Assembly: GCA_047495785.1 (NCBI GenBank)
Contig: JBLDXI010000012.1
Span: 868,001 to 932,000, forward strand
Reading direction: 5' to 3'
Source: Lepidodermella squamata
Lineage: Eukaryota; Animalia; Gastrotricha
Length of the DNA stretch: 64,000 nucleotides
The notes under the pieces are model-generated. The model saw nothing but the letters and a program-made list of their open reading frames with translations, did not search any database and had not been told where the DNA came from. How positions within the stretch are numbered: the stretch's first letter is position 1; each line of letters starts with the position of its first letter. Shown one piece after another: positions 34,208-46,379 of the stretch. The translations under genes were made by a program, and so were the position numbers.

Positions 34208-35898
34208 ATGTCCACCGAATGCGTTCTTGGAGTGCTAATAATTTTCGGTTTCTTGGCTATCCTCATCGCTCTAGTTCAGTGCTATCGGCTCTACGGCTGT
34301 TTTTCGTACAATTATGAAAGGAGGCGCCGTTCGGTTAAGCTCCACACTTCGGTGGCGTTAGAAGGTGGAGTTGTCAAATTAGCAGATCGGCGCAACTCAC
34401 GCCCTGATTCTGAGACAATGTCGATTGTCGGCCAAGAGTTCATCGCCGCCTCAACGAATGGCCCTATGCTCCCTCCTACGATTGCCGTGGCTGTTCGGCC
34501 AGCATTCAGGTGAGCAAAATGTTCCCACTTTGAATGAAACATGAATTCTCATCTGAAATGTCGGTTGTCAGTCGAAAAATGGAGAGATGTACACTTTTAC
34601 TGAAAAACAAATTGACGTATTATAGATTTTCGAACTCAGCATTGGCGGCAAATTAAATTTATAGGAATTTCTCTGATATTTTTGTGGGATTGCAGACCCT
34701 AAATTTGAATCGAGGCCCATAGAATTAGAGGGTAAGGGGTTGTGATTCCCAGGTGTAACCGAGTTCCATTACATACCAGCCTATAATTGTAATGTTCAAT
34801 TATAAAATCCAACAAAAACTTGAAATAAGTTTTAAGGATTCTGAATAAAACTAGATAGGCAGTGAGACCTTCGTTACTAATTCAAATAGGGCAGGACATC
34901 ATGAGGTGGCCAGAGATGAGAATGGGTCGAGTCACATGGCCATGCTTTGTTGAGCTTTTCATACTGGGCGGAACCCAATTTGCCTGAACCCGAAACCATC
35001 ATCAGGCTTGTTAACTTGAATTCGCCGCTTAAAAAACGTAAGCTCTCAGAAACAAAAACACCGTGTTCAGGTTAAGAGGGTTATTAATTCATTTTTAGAG
35101 CCCTAGCGAGGTCATTTTTATTAAGCGAGGTTCTTTTGATGTATAAAACCAAAGAAGTTGTCGGACGATGAACGCTAAATATAAATATTTTGGTCGCGTG
35201 GCTCGCATGATCTGGGACACGGGTCAAGGGTTCAGGCTGTAAATTTGAGGCTCAAGCTTGCAATAGATGTCTCCACATCCATCTATGGTTCATGGTTCTC
35301 AATCTTGTGCGCGATCATCGATCATGCCTGTCCAACCGATAGATCTCACTTCGGTTTCCAGAGCCAATATCGATTTTTGGCATCGATTTTGCACAGCTTT
35401 GATTTTTGCAATATCCACAGTCTTGGAAGCCAAATTGAAATTTGTTTGATTAAACAAAAAATCTCGAAGCTTTAAGCAGTCGGTAAAATGTAGTTCTTGA
35501 AGCTTGAACCTTTCTGAGCTTGAAGTTTTGGTGGTGTAAATAGCTGAACCTGTAACTCAAGCTTCAAAAGGTTCTTGCTGGTAAAACTAGACATCCTTTG
35601 AATTGGTCAATATAATCTTGGGAGATTATTGGAATTTTTGACATGCTTGTTGAGATTCAAGGCATAGCTTCGATTATTTCTAATTTTCATTTCAATTGTT
35701 TAATTATTTTATTTCTAATTCAGTATAAGCTACCATCGCTATAATGGCTTCAAATTGGAACAGCGCGCTACCACGCCCTGTGGTTCAAGATCTCAAGTTC
35801 CGCTGCCGTCAGCAGTTGGTAGCAAAAATCTACAACCCGACGATTTGCCTTCATATGAGCAGGTCCTTGTTCACGGCATCAACACATTACGCGGTTAA
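34208..35898 (+). CDS. Small single-pass membrane protein with C-terminal PY-type motif (exons 34208-34509, 35724-35898)
   Basis: N-terminal TM. Donor GTGAGC at 34510 and acceptor ttcag at 35723 join in frame to ...DDLPSYEQVLVHGINTLRG*. Confidence 0.65.
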
Positions 35899-36298
35899 TG
35901 ACGTTATAACACTCGGCGCTTAAATCTCATCCATTGCGATTTCAGGTGATCAAATGTGTGATGATAGGTTATATTTAGTGTCTTTCAGTGAATTAAATAA
36001 TAGTGTCTGGCAATAATAAAAATGCTGATTGTGATCTTCAACGTGATTCATCATTTTCCTGGGATATATTTTCTATAAAAAGGCAATGTCCTTGCGTTTT
36101 GAAATTAAGAATCGACAGATGATTTTTGTTATTCATCCCGCATTCTCCGTCTTCCCAGGATCGCCCGAACAGAAATTTGGAAATTGCCCCACATTTCCCA
36201 GCCAGCCCAGGCCTCTTGAGACCGGACGATCGAGCAAAAGCTAGCGAGGCGGCACGCGATTTCGCTGCAAAAAAATATAAACAAAAACATAGTCAATT

Positions 36299-36512
36299 CT
36301 AAAAATAGAGCTTTGAAAATAAAAATAGTCGCGTGATTTCGTTTTTCGTTTCGTTTCGTTTCGTTTCGTTTCGTTTTTCCAAAAAAGGAAAATTTCCTCG
36401 CTTTTCGAAATTAAAAATAGCACCATAACAGCGGACGGCCCATCTTGCTGCTATTTTTAGCGTGTCTCGCCCGTGCTGAAAGTCGCGCCAAAAATCGACT
36501 TGGGCTATAAAA
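36299..36512 (+). promoter_or_regulatory. sHSP copy B promoter: three MEF2-consensus sites, (TTTCG)n array and TATA box
   Basis: ctaaaaatag 36299-36308, ttaaaaatag 36411-36420, ctatttttag 36451-36460; TATAAAA at 36506; (tttcg)n at ~36337-36375. Confidence 0.6.
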
Positions 36513-36616
36513 GCCGCTTGGTTGCGGTACCTAATTCATCATCAATCATTTCAATTTTCAAGCTTTCAAGCATTCTTTCTGATATTTTCTAAATCTTGTT
36601 CCTAATCGTCGACAAA

Positions 36617-38342
36617 ATGGCTTTCTCTTTCTCTAACAACGCTGGCTTCGACGGTCTCTCTGCCAAGTTCGGCCAATACAACCAAGCTGGTCTGGCTCCC
36701 TCGGCCACTACTGGCTTCGGTGGCATTAGCAACTTTGGTGCTCAAATCAACAACAGCAACGCCGCGACTCAAATCGGTGCCAAGATCGGCCATTCAGTCG
36801 GTCAAGAGTACGGTGCTCAGCTCGGTGCTGCCATCGCCGGTCAACTGAACGCCACCTTCGGAGCCCAGTGGGCTGCCCAGCTCGGAGCTGCTCATGGCGC
36901 TGAGGTCTTGGCTGAGTTGGGTGCCCAACTGGCCGTCTTCGCCGCCGCCACCGGATTCGGTGCCCAGTCGACCGCCCAACAGGGTGCCCAGTGGGGTGCT
37001 CAGGCCGGCGCCCAGTTGGCCGTTGTTCTGGCTGCCAAGCTCGGCGGACAGGCTGCCGCTGGAGTCTTCGCCAACAACCAGACTATCACCCAGATCGGTA
37101 GCTCCATCTTCTCGCAGGCTGGTGCCAAGCTGGGTGCTTTCGTCGCTGCTCAGATCAACGGCGGTGCCTTCGGTGCTGGTGCGAACAGCGGCCTTATCGC
37201 TGGCAACTTCGGCGGCTTCAACGCCCTCAACAACGGTCTATTCGGCGGCCTGAACGGCTACAACGCTGGCCTTTTCGGTGCCAACCACCTCAACAACTTC
37301 GGTGGTATTTTCGGCGGTAACGTCAACAACTTGGCTGGTGCCTACAACAACGGCCTCTTCGGTGGTGCCAACAACAACTTCGCCAACAACTTCTCTGGCC
37401 TCTTCGGTGGCAACGCTACCTTCGACGGTCAGCTCTCTGGCAACTTCGGCGCCAACACCTTCGGCGGTCTCTTCGGTGGTGCCAACCTCGCCAACCAGGC
37501 TGGTCTCTTCGGTGGTGCTTTCGGTGGTAACGTCAACCATTTGACTGGCGCCTACAGCAACGGTCTCTTCGGTGGTGCCAACAACAACTTCGCCAACAAC
37601 TTCTCTGGCCTCTTCGGTGGCAACGCTACCTTCAACGGCCAACTCTCGGGCAACCAACTGAACAACTTCGGTGCCAACACCTTCGGTAGCCTCTTCGGCG
37701 GTGCCAACCTCGCCAACCAGGCTGGTCTCTTCGGCGGCAACATCAACGGCCTCTTCAACTCGCAGGCTGCCGCCGACAAGCTGTACAACATCGCCTTCCG
37801 CCCGTCCAGCCAGGCCGAGCTCTACACCCTGACCAACCCGGTGCAGTACGTCAACAACCAAGGCAAGCGCCAGCTGTTCCTCGCCTTCGAACTCAAGGGC
37901 TTCAAGCCTGAGGAAGTCACCGTCACCCTGAACAAGGCCGAGCGCGCCGTCGTCGTCGAGGCTGCCCACGATGCCAAGGACGGCAAGGAGCACACCGTCG
38001 CTCGCAAGTACTCTCGCAAGTTCGTCCTGCCCGAGGTGAGACTTTGATCAAACTGACCTATAAATAACCTTAATTTTCCGATTATTCAAGACTCTCGCCA
38101 AGGTCGACCTGGCCAAGGTTGAGCTCACCTCGCAACTGAATGCCGATGGCTACTTGTTCGTCCAAGCCGAGCTGCCTCAGTTGACCACCGAAGAGATCGC
38201 CAAGCTGCCGTTGTCTCACAACCACCTCAACCAGATCGCTTTCAACAAGGCCCACAACAGCGCCCTGTACGGCAACAACAGCAACAACGTTTTCGCCCAC
38301 CTCGCCAACAACGTTACGCCTGTTACTGTCAAGACCGCCTAA
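36617..38342 (+). CDS. Large alpha-crystallin/HSP20-domain protein with GxxxG and GLFG/Asn repeats, copy B (556 aa; intron 38036-38090)
   Basis: ACD as in copy A, same intron position, same C-terminus PVTVKTA. Confidence 0.9.
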
Positions 38343-39821
38343 GCTTATCATCGGATGCCGAAAACCCTTGAAAACTTGAATAACTTCTGATGATTTGAAA
38401 TCATCGTTAATTTATAGTGATATCTCGTGATCAAAAATGTTATTGCTCTGAGCCCAAATAAATTCTGTGTTTCGGCATCATCTCTGTTTGCTTTAGTCAA
38501 AAAATTTCGACCACAAAATTATACTGCAAGTTGAAGCTGAAAATAATATTTCAAATGTTTTTTAAATTAAGAGATGTGGTCGAGATGTGGAACCGGAAGG
38601 TTAGGCTGAATCTTTTTCGTTTTTCGGCAGGCTAAAAGCTTTTAAACCCACCCGCAAGCAAATAACAGTATCTCTTTTCGTCATAGCTTCAATCAAGTAT
38701 TGAGGAGTCCATCTGAGAGAAAGCCATAAATATGCATTCAAAATCGCGATGGCTTTGCGAAGAAAAATAATTATTCGTACCTAAATTCATTTCAAAATTT
38801 TCCACAACCTGGTTTTACGACCTTTTCAGCTCAACTTCTGTTCTGAATTCTCCGAAGCTTTGGTTACAACAGAAAAGTCAGGGTCTTTTGCTCGCCAACC
38901 GGTCAACAATCTCGCACGTCTCTGGTATCTTCAGATCGGGTGACTTGAGCCTATGAAAATCAATGGCGAGATGGCGAGATAAATACCCCATGAATGCGAT
39001 AGCCTTGAACCAATTGATAGCCAAATCAGAATTCCTAAAATGCTTACCTCGATTAGGAATTACAGGTAAAATTATGACAGCATTTTCGGAAATTCTCGTA
39101 TAATTAGGAATAATTTGGTAACTACAACCGAACCAGATGTGAGCAAAATGTGTACTTACTGATTTCATTTTGAGCCGTTTAAACAGTCTGCCTAAGGTGA
39201 CACGATTCGGATCGTTTACTTGCCATTTTCGATTTTTCGTTTTCGAAATTTCTCAAATAACACCTGAAGCTTGAAAATTAGTTTCCTTAATTTCGAATTT
39301 TCCATAGGCATCTTGTACTAACTGGGCCCAGTAAAAACACTGCTGGAACCTGGAACAACCGGTTTTCGACAAAGTTGAGCAACAACAATACCAACAAGTA
39401 GTACTCGCGTATTAAATTTTATTTCAAATTCGAATTTGTTCATGCGATGGTACTAGAACGATGAGGTGATATTACGCGCGATGAGATTTCAATTTTCTCT
39501 CTCTGTCATTCTTAATACCCAAAAGACTAGTTCGCAAGCTTTTTTCTTCGATCAAATAATTCAGAATAATATCATCACTATTACGATCATGCAGTTTCCT
39601 CCGTTTTAAGTAGTAGACATCATTTGTTTGTAATAAGAACGCTATATATATAGAGGTGGATATAGGTACACGAAAAAACGTAGATATCTATATAACACAG
39701 ACAACATATTGGCGATGCATGTTGAGATGTTGTTGTTTTGGCTGATCAAAAAAAATTGTCAATTGTTCATATTATCATGGTAAAAATCATGCACGGTTGA
39801 TTGATTGTTTTCAGTAGTAGT

Positions 39822-41810
39822 TTAGTGGCGTTTCGGGGTTCCGTTGGCGATGGCGGGCGCCGCGTCCATGGGCGCGTGCTCGTCGGCGGCGCACGGCTGC
39901 GGGGTCGGCATGCCGGCGGCGGCGGCAGCGCGTTCGCGACGCAGCCGCTCGACCTTGGCCGAGTGGTCGTGCAGGCGCTGCAGCATGTGGCCGAGCTGCT
40001 CTTCGCGGTTCTTCATCGCGCGGTCCAGCTCGGTGGAGACCTTCTCGTCGGATTCCTTTGTCAGCGCGTCGGCGGCAACCATCACTTCCTTGACGTGAAG
40101 CAAGTGTTCCTGCAAGAAAAATCGTTACAACAATGTCAATAGATCAAAATACAGAAAATGGTATAACTAAGCATGCCTCCGTAATTAACAAAACCATACA
40201 AATTCAATCAAATTCCCATAAAAATTAGTTTACTTGATAAGAGCAATAACTGAAAAATTTTAAAATTTATCGAATATTTTTTAAGTTTAAAATTTGATTT
40301 TTAGGATGAGTTCAAAAATTCAGAATTATTAGCAAAAGCTCAATTTTAACCTTCAAAATTACGGTAGTTTGTAACTTTCCAAAAAGCATTTTGAACTCAT
40401 CTAAATAGAAAACACCCATGTTAATTTTTGTAAAAAATGAATTTCTGCTACAACCACCAACAGCTTGGTGTCATATGAAAGCTGATGAGACGCAATCATT
40501 ATGCAAAAAACCCAAGATAACTTTTACTCATATGTTAAGTTTAAACCCATCAAGCGCCCCAATTTATCTCGAATTTTCAAAATATTTTTTAATTATTTTT
40601 GAAATATTTTAAAAATAGGACGTTTTCGTTCTGGGTTCTGGTAGGCTTATTTGCTAATCTCAAAAAATGTACCAACTGAACTCGGCCCAGTGATTTCTTT
40701 CTCATATCAAATATTTCATAATTTAACAGAATTTTGAAAGTTTTAGTAAATTTAGGGTTGGTTCCACTAAAAGTAAGGTTATTGTACAACTAAATTTATG
40801 CTAATATTGGGAAAATATCGAGTAAACTAGCTCGTTATATTTTTTTGACAGGCTAAAAAAATCAATCAAAAATAAATTTCCAGTTCAATGACATTTCCGT
40901 TTTTCATCTCCAGATCGAAATTTTCCCAACGACAGTTTTCGAAAATATTTCGTGCAACGATTTTAAATTGATCATTTTTGTTTAAATTCCATTATTTTAA
41001 GTCTAGGTGGCATGATCTCAGTAGCAACGGCACTGCTCAGCTCATTTATTGTTATAATAAATAATTTAGGCCGATGTGGTACACAAACTCTCAGGTTAAA
41101 TTCAAGCAAAGTCAAATTCTTAAAAAAAATTGTTATCCATATAAGTTCATGAAATTTTTAACAAAAATGTCCCCTACACCGTCATTAAACTTTAATTAAC
41201 ACCCCTTGGGAATATTTTAATTTCACTAATTAGCTGTAACAAAAAATATTTGATTTTTCTATACCTGAGCACGTTCCTTGATTTCGTTGATGCGAGCAGT
41301 GCGCTTCTCCTCGGCCTCGGTCAGCTTCTGGCCGATTTCAGCTTCGAGTTCGGCGCACTTTTGAGCCAGCGACTCTTGAGCCTTCTTCACGCGTTCGAGG
41401 CGACCGGCCAGCCGCGTCTTGATCTCAACCAGGTACTTGTCGCGACGCTCGTCCGCCATCGACATTTCGCGCTCGAGTTCCTCGCGAGTCTCCTTAATGA
41501 AGTTGTTCTCGTCGTCGCGACGCTTCTCTCGGGCCGCGTCGATCCGCTCCATGCGAGCCTTCGCAGCCTCGACTTTCGCGGCTTCGAGCGACATGCGGCG
41601 ATCTTCAGCCTCCTTCAGCCGGTTCTGAGACCGCTCGGCGTTTGTGACGACGGGCATACGGGGCGATTCTGGCGGCTTCTGGCCCGAAGCCGGCTTGTAG
41701 ATCATCTCGTACGAGACGCCATTCTTGCCCTGGCGAGGCGATTCTATCGAACAATCAGAGTCAGAGATCGAATGATCAACATTTATAACTTCATCAGCGG
41801 TCGTCGCCAT
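39822..41810 (-). CDS. Stathmin-family protein with a duplicated stathmin-like domain (intron 41264-40110)
   Basis: GVSYEMIYKP, SP sites, RLKEAEDRR and QKLTEAEEKR, MKNREEQL..LQRLHDH..VERLR. Confidence 0.85.
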
Positions 41811-44800
41811 TGCGAAATTTTAGAGGGTGTGGTTGGTTGAAATTTGAATAAAAACTAGCCAACTATTTTTTCGCCGTTTTTTAGCAGTCTAGAATTTATG
41901 CAAAAAGCCCAATTAGGCGAGCATATACTACTCGGCTCAAATGCAAATGCGAAAAATAAAATGCTGTGTTTGTGGTGGTCGATGCGTTGAGAATCGATTA
42001 AGGCGAGCGCGCGCGCACAAAATCGAAGCAGTGAAAAACGCGCTGTTGCCCGGGATGCGCGCTCTCGCTTATTATTTATCATCATGACGGCCGCAGCTAT
42101 ATGCCACACAACTATGATCTCACTGCTTCGCTCAGCATAAATACACATGGAACGGAAAGGGGAGATGAAATGCTCGACGATAATTTACAAGCGACCACTC
42201 ACTCAGCCAAATCGACTTTCTTATCCGACAAGCTATAAAAACTCATTAAGTAGTTTTTAAGGCGACTGGACCCACGCGATACAAAATATGATTTAATTTT
42301 TAGTTTAAGAAACAAACCTGGAATAACGCCATCATCACTCGGGACTTGAAGAACAGACAAGGCAGACATTTTGTTGAAGTTAAAATTAGTCGAGGGGTAA
42401 AACTACGTGTGTTAATAATCGGTGTTATGTAGCGAACCTAGAAGCGAAAAAACTGAAAATCTCAGAATTATTCGATCAATGAAACAAGACGTGGCGCCAA
42501 AAATTTTAAGGTGGCACGTGCTGTTATTTTTTCGACTCGGCGAAGGAGCACACATGTGACGCAACAGGATTATTATTCGCGCGTGTCACATCTGTGAAAA
42601 TAGACACGCGTTTCATCACAGAAATGCGAAGCATCGAAATTCAACGCCTCTTTTGTTCTGTGAAGAAGAATGACGCTACTTTAAGAGTATGTCTTTCATT
42701 TGAGATAATTGCTTTGTATCTGCGAATAATCATAGGGACGCGGTTCAATAAAGGCGTAGTTGTCCATTGAAATTTAGCGATGTTTTGCGCTGTTATCCGC
42801 GCAACACGCAATCAAACGAGAAGCAATAAAAACAAAACCATATCATGCATGTATGTCTGAATGAAAAACAACCCTTGCTTTGACAATATGCACAGAAAAG
42901 AAACTACACGCAAACAGTGTAAGAAGTAAATCGCTCGGAAATTAAAAGTGGCGAGACCAGCCTTTGTTGTGACGTGCCGCAGTGGCAGCAATTTTCAATA
43001 ACCACGTGGCTCGCAATTTCATCCCAGTAAACACGCTCGCGAAAAGGCAGGTGAATAGCTGTTGATGGCGAAATAATTGAATGCCATGAAGTGAAACGCA
43101 AAATGATTTTATCACAAATAATATTTTCAATGAAGAACTAGTCAGTTGATCCTACATAATAAAACAAAAAATAACAGCGACTTTGAATTTCAAGCACCAC
43201 TACGGATCAAAGTCGATGTTGATGGGTAAGTTTGCGGTTTAAGATCTGGAATTCGAGTGTGACCTCGTGTATTTGCTATCAGGGTTAGTCCTTACAAATT
43301 TTTTCACTTATCTTAGTTGGTTTTTGCGCCCGGTGCCAAAGTACCGAACATAATTCTAGTCACCGCGTTATTCATAAAGCGAAGAAGTATCGAAAGGATC
43401 TCACTCACAATTACCATGTAAGCTGTGAATGCAATCGTTACATGATAGATGAACGCATCACAAGATTCGGACTAGGAACGGTTCGCTGGTGTTGTCATCG
43501 GCAAAAGTGTCAAGTGACCAGTTTTTGAAATTGAAATTCTTTCTCCTTTTCTATCATGATGGTGTGGTCAAGTTTACAAACTCGCGAAAATTGCCAAAAG
43601 TTTTTTCAATAGTTCAAGACGTATGACGAGTTCACGGAGAATATATGTTGTCGGACTGATATTTATGTATAAGTAATTCAATGAAGCTTTAATGATTCGC
43701 CCAATTTCAATTCATTTTTATTTTCATCGGTTGATTCAATTGAATTGAGGGATGGACCGTTCGAAAAAACATGAATGAAATCAGTATCTCACCCATTAGC
43801 CTCAAGATTTCAGCATGTTATACTTTCCTCGGCATAAGTCGCTTGTACACTAGTATCAGTTGATTGGTAATTACTAATGTTGTGTAACAAGGTTTTGTGC
43901 TTCACATTTTCCCACGAGGTTTCGCGAACTAGTTGATTCGCAAATCAACATAGCAACTAATCATTTTTCAGCTAAAATGGCACAGATTAGGACAGATTTC
44001 ATAACTTGTGATTTTCTGAGCAGCTGAACCAAGAAACCAAACTGAAGCTAAATTCAGTAAATACTTGTGCGAAGCTTCCAGGCCTTTAACTTTACTCATT
44101 CTTTGTGAATCTATGCGCTTGCAAAATCATTTACGAGCTAAAGCACCAGCGTCAAACTACAACCCTTCGACCAGAAGCGCTTCATTGGAGTGATGAGCTA
44201 TCTACACGAAATCATCGCATTCAGAAAAGGAGCTCAATAAAGACAGGCCAGATTCACCGTGAAGCCACCAGCAGGTTCAAAGTTCAAAGTTCAAAGTTTT
44301 ATTGCGGTAAGTTTGTTTTCAACTTTTGACACACACACGCACACAGGACATTTAGACATAGAAATAGAAATGAAGAAAGAAAGCAGGCTGTTTTCGTAAA
44401 ATAAAACAAAACTCGCATGACGCGACCCGGTATATCATTTCAGCACATAACCAGGATTAAAACCTTATTTCGGAGACGATGAAACATCCTGGCCACCGAG
44501 CTCAGAGGTTTAGACTCTTGAAACCATGGTAACTGACGGCAGAAAAATCACCCACGTGGTCACAGGTATTCGCGGATCAACGGATTCGTCAGGAGCTTTT
44601 ATTCTGATCAGCTGTTTTCAAAATTTCCCGCGCAATAATAATTATTGTTGCAAATAATATTTTTGTTGGCTATTTTATTGATTTACAATACATATATAAA
44701 TTTTGCATTCAAAACCAGCCGGGAAATTTTTTCAATTATCGCGTCGCCTTATCATCGCCGCTGCAGTTTTCAATTTCGTGAGCTTCTCTCCACTGGGTTC

Positions 44801-45051
44801 CTTGTTCGTGTGGCGTTACTAACGTCGCTGCTTCAACTTTTCGCCACGTTTCCCCTGCTTCTTGTTTAAATAGTGCATTTTTCCAATGTTTAAAAGAATT
44901 TGGTTGGTGTCGGCCGTCAGCCAAATAATACTGACGGTGTGGAGTCCTGTAGCTTTAAACTGTAGTTTATAGTTAGATGATCCTCGCTGGTTACATGTAA
45001 TAGCTGTGTATTGCTGTTGTAGATTCTTATATTAGAAGTCAGTATTCGGAC

Positions 45052-46263
45052 ATGGCTGCCCCACCAGCTCAAGCGCAAGAGCATGCGATCAACATTCGAG
45101 TTATGAGATTGGCAAAACCTAGCTTTGCCTTGCAGGTGCCTGCTTTTCAATGTGATGGTGACATTTTTCAAGATGCTGCCAGCTCTGGATTCTTGAATGG
45201 TTGTGGCTTGGGAATGGGGCTTATTGTCCCTCAAACTTTCGGCATGGTGCATGTCGGCGAAGATTTTTCATGCCTTGTTTCAGTATTCAACGAATCACAG
45301 TCACGAATCGCTAATGAAATCGCTCTTCGTGCTGACCTGCAGACTCAGTCTCAAAGGACAACTCTTCAAGAAGTAGTTCCTATTACAGAGAAGACGTTGC
45401 CTGTGGGTGGCCGTTTTGATACAGTAATTAAAAGCAAGCTGACAGATACAGGAGCCCACATTCTAGTCTGCTCAATATCATACGCTGTCGAAGCGGAGAA
45501 ATTGAATTTCAGGAAGTTTTTTCGCTTCGATGTTCGGCGTTTGGCAGACATTCGTGTTCGAACGTTCCCAACGCCATCGAAATTATGGTTTTTAGAGGCC
45601 ACGTTGGCTAATACAACCGCTCAAGTCTTATGGCTAGAATCACTGGGTCTCAGCATTGCAACTTCTATGATTGGCTCATTAGTGGACGAGCCCTCGCCAT
45701 TATCGCGACTGTTGAAGCCACAAGAATCGCTTGTTGTTCTATTTTCTGTCGACAGAGATGTTTCATCATTGCAAACGAGAAACAGGTCAGCAAGTCAGAC
45801 CACCATGCAGCCGATTCCTGGTCAAATCGCACTCAAGTTTCGATCGCAATTTGGCGATGTCGCAAGCTCAGATTTTCTGACACAGATTCCAAGCGATGTT
45901 TACAGTCAAGCTAAAATGATTCTCCGAATGGACGCCCCATCTGACATTAACGTTGGTAGCTGCATTCCAGTGACGTTCAATATAACAAATGTCACGAATT
46001 CTAACTTGAGCCTCAATTTGGATCTCGGCACTGGAAGCGATTTTATTGGCGTTGGAGAGACTTCACAAACTACCAATGAAATTCTACCAGGCGAGCAAGC
46101 GTCTAGTCAATTCAAAGTTATCGCGTTGAAGCCAGGCTTCGTAAATTTTCCTCCGCTTTCTATATTTCTTAAAAGTCAGCATCAATACATACGCGACATG
46201 CCGACTCCAATGCTAACGATGTTCGCTAGCGTCCCCCAACCGTCAAGTGCAAATTCTTCGTAA
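45052..46263 (+). CDS. TRAPPC13: Trafficking protein particle complex subunit 13
   Basis: RVMRLAKPS, PQTFGMVHVGEDFSCLVSV, ADLQTQSQR, GAHILVCSISY, FRKFFRFDV. Confidence 0.9.
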   Translation: MAAPPAQAQEHAINIRVMRLAKPSFALQVPAFQCDGDIFQDAASSGFLNGCGLGMGLIVPQTFGMVHVGEDFSCLVSVFNESQSRIANEIALRADLQTQSQRTTLQEVVPITEKTLPVGGRFDTVIKSKLTDTGAHILVCSISYAVEAEKLNFRKFFRFDVRRLADIRVRTFPTPSKLWFLEATLANTTAQVLWLESLGLSIATSMIGSLVDEPSPLSRLLKPQESLVVLFSVDRDVSSLQTRNRSASQTTMQPIPGQIALKFRSQFGDVASSDFLTQIPSDVYSQAKMILRMDAPSDINVGSCIPVTFNITNVTNSNLSLNLDLGTGSDFIGVGETSQTTNEILPGEQASSQFKVIALKPGFVNFPPLSIFLKSQHQYIRDMPTPMLTMFASVPQPSSANSS

Positions 46264-46379
46264 TGGTTGGCTTACTTTCATGTTAATTTATTTGAGCTAT
46301 CAATTGTTAATAAATAATATACTTTATTGATTGATTAACTAAAGCTTCATTCTGATTTTAGAGTTTAGAGAGTGAAAGA

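Noticed and set aside
36617-37760. Calling the GLFG protein a nucleoporin (Nup98)
   Set aside because: No recognisable GLEBS or autoproteolytic domain. The C-terminus is an alpha-crystallin domain clearly paralogous to the 16-17 kb gene.
44905-45030. Small hairpins and a miR-8/200-like seed (taatactg) upstream of TRAPPC13
   Set aside because: Stems are only 6-7 bp, with no pre-miRNA-length fold-back or convincing snoRNA boxes.
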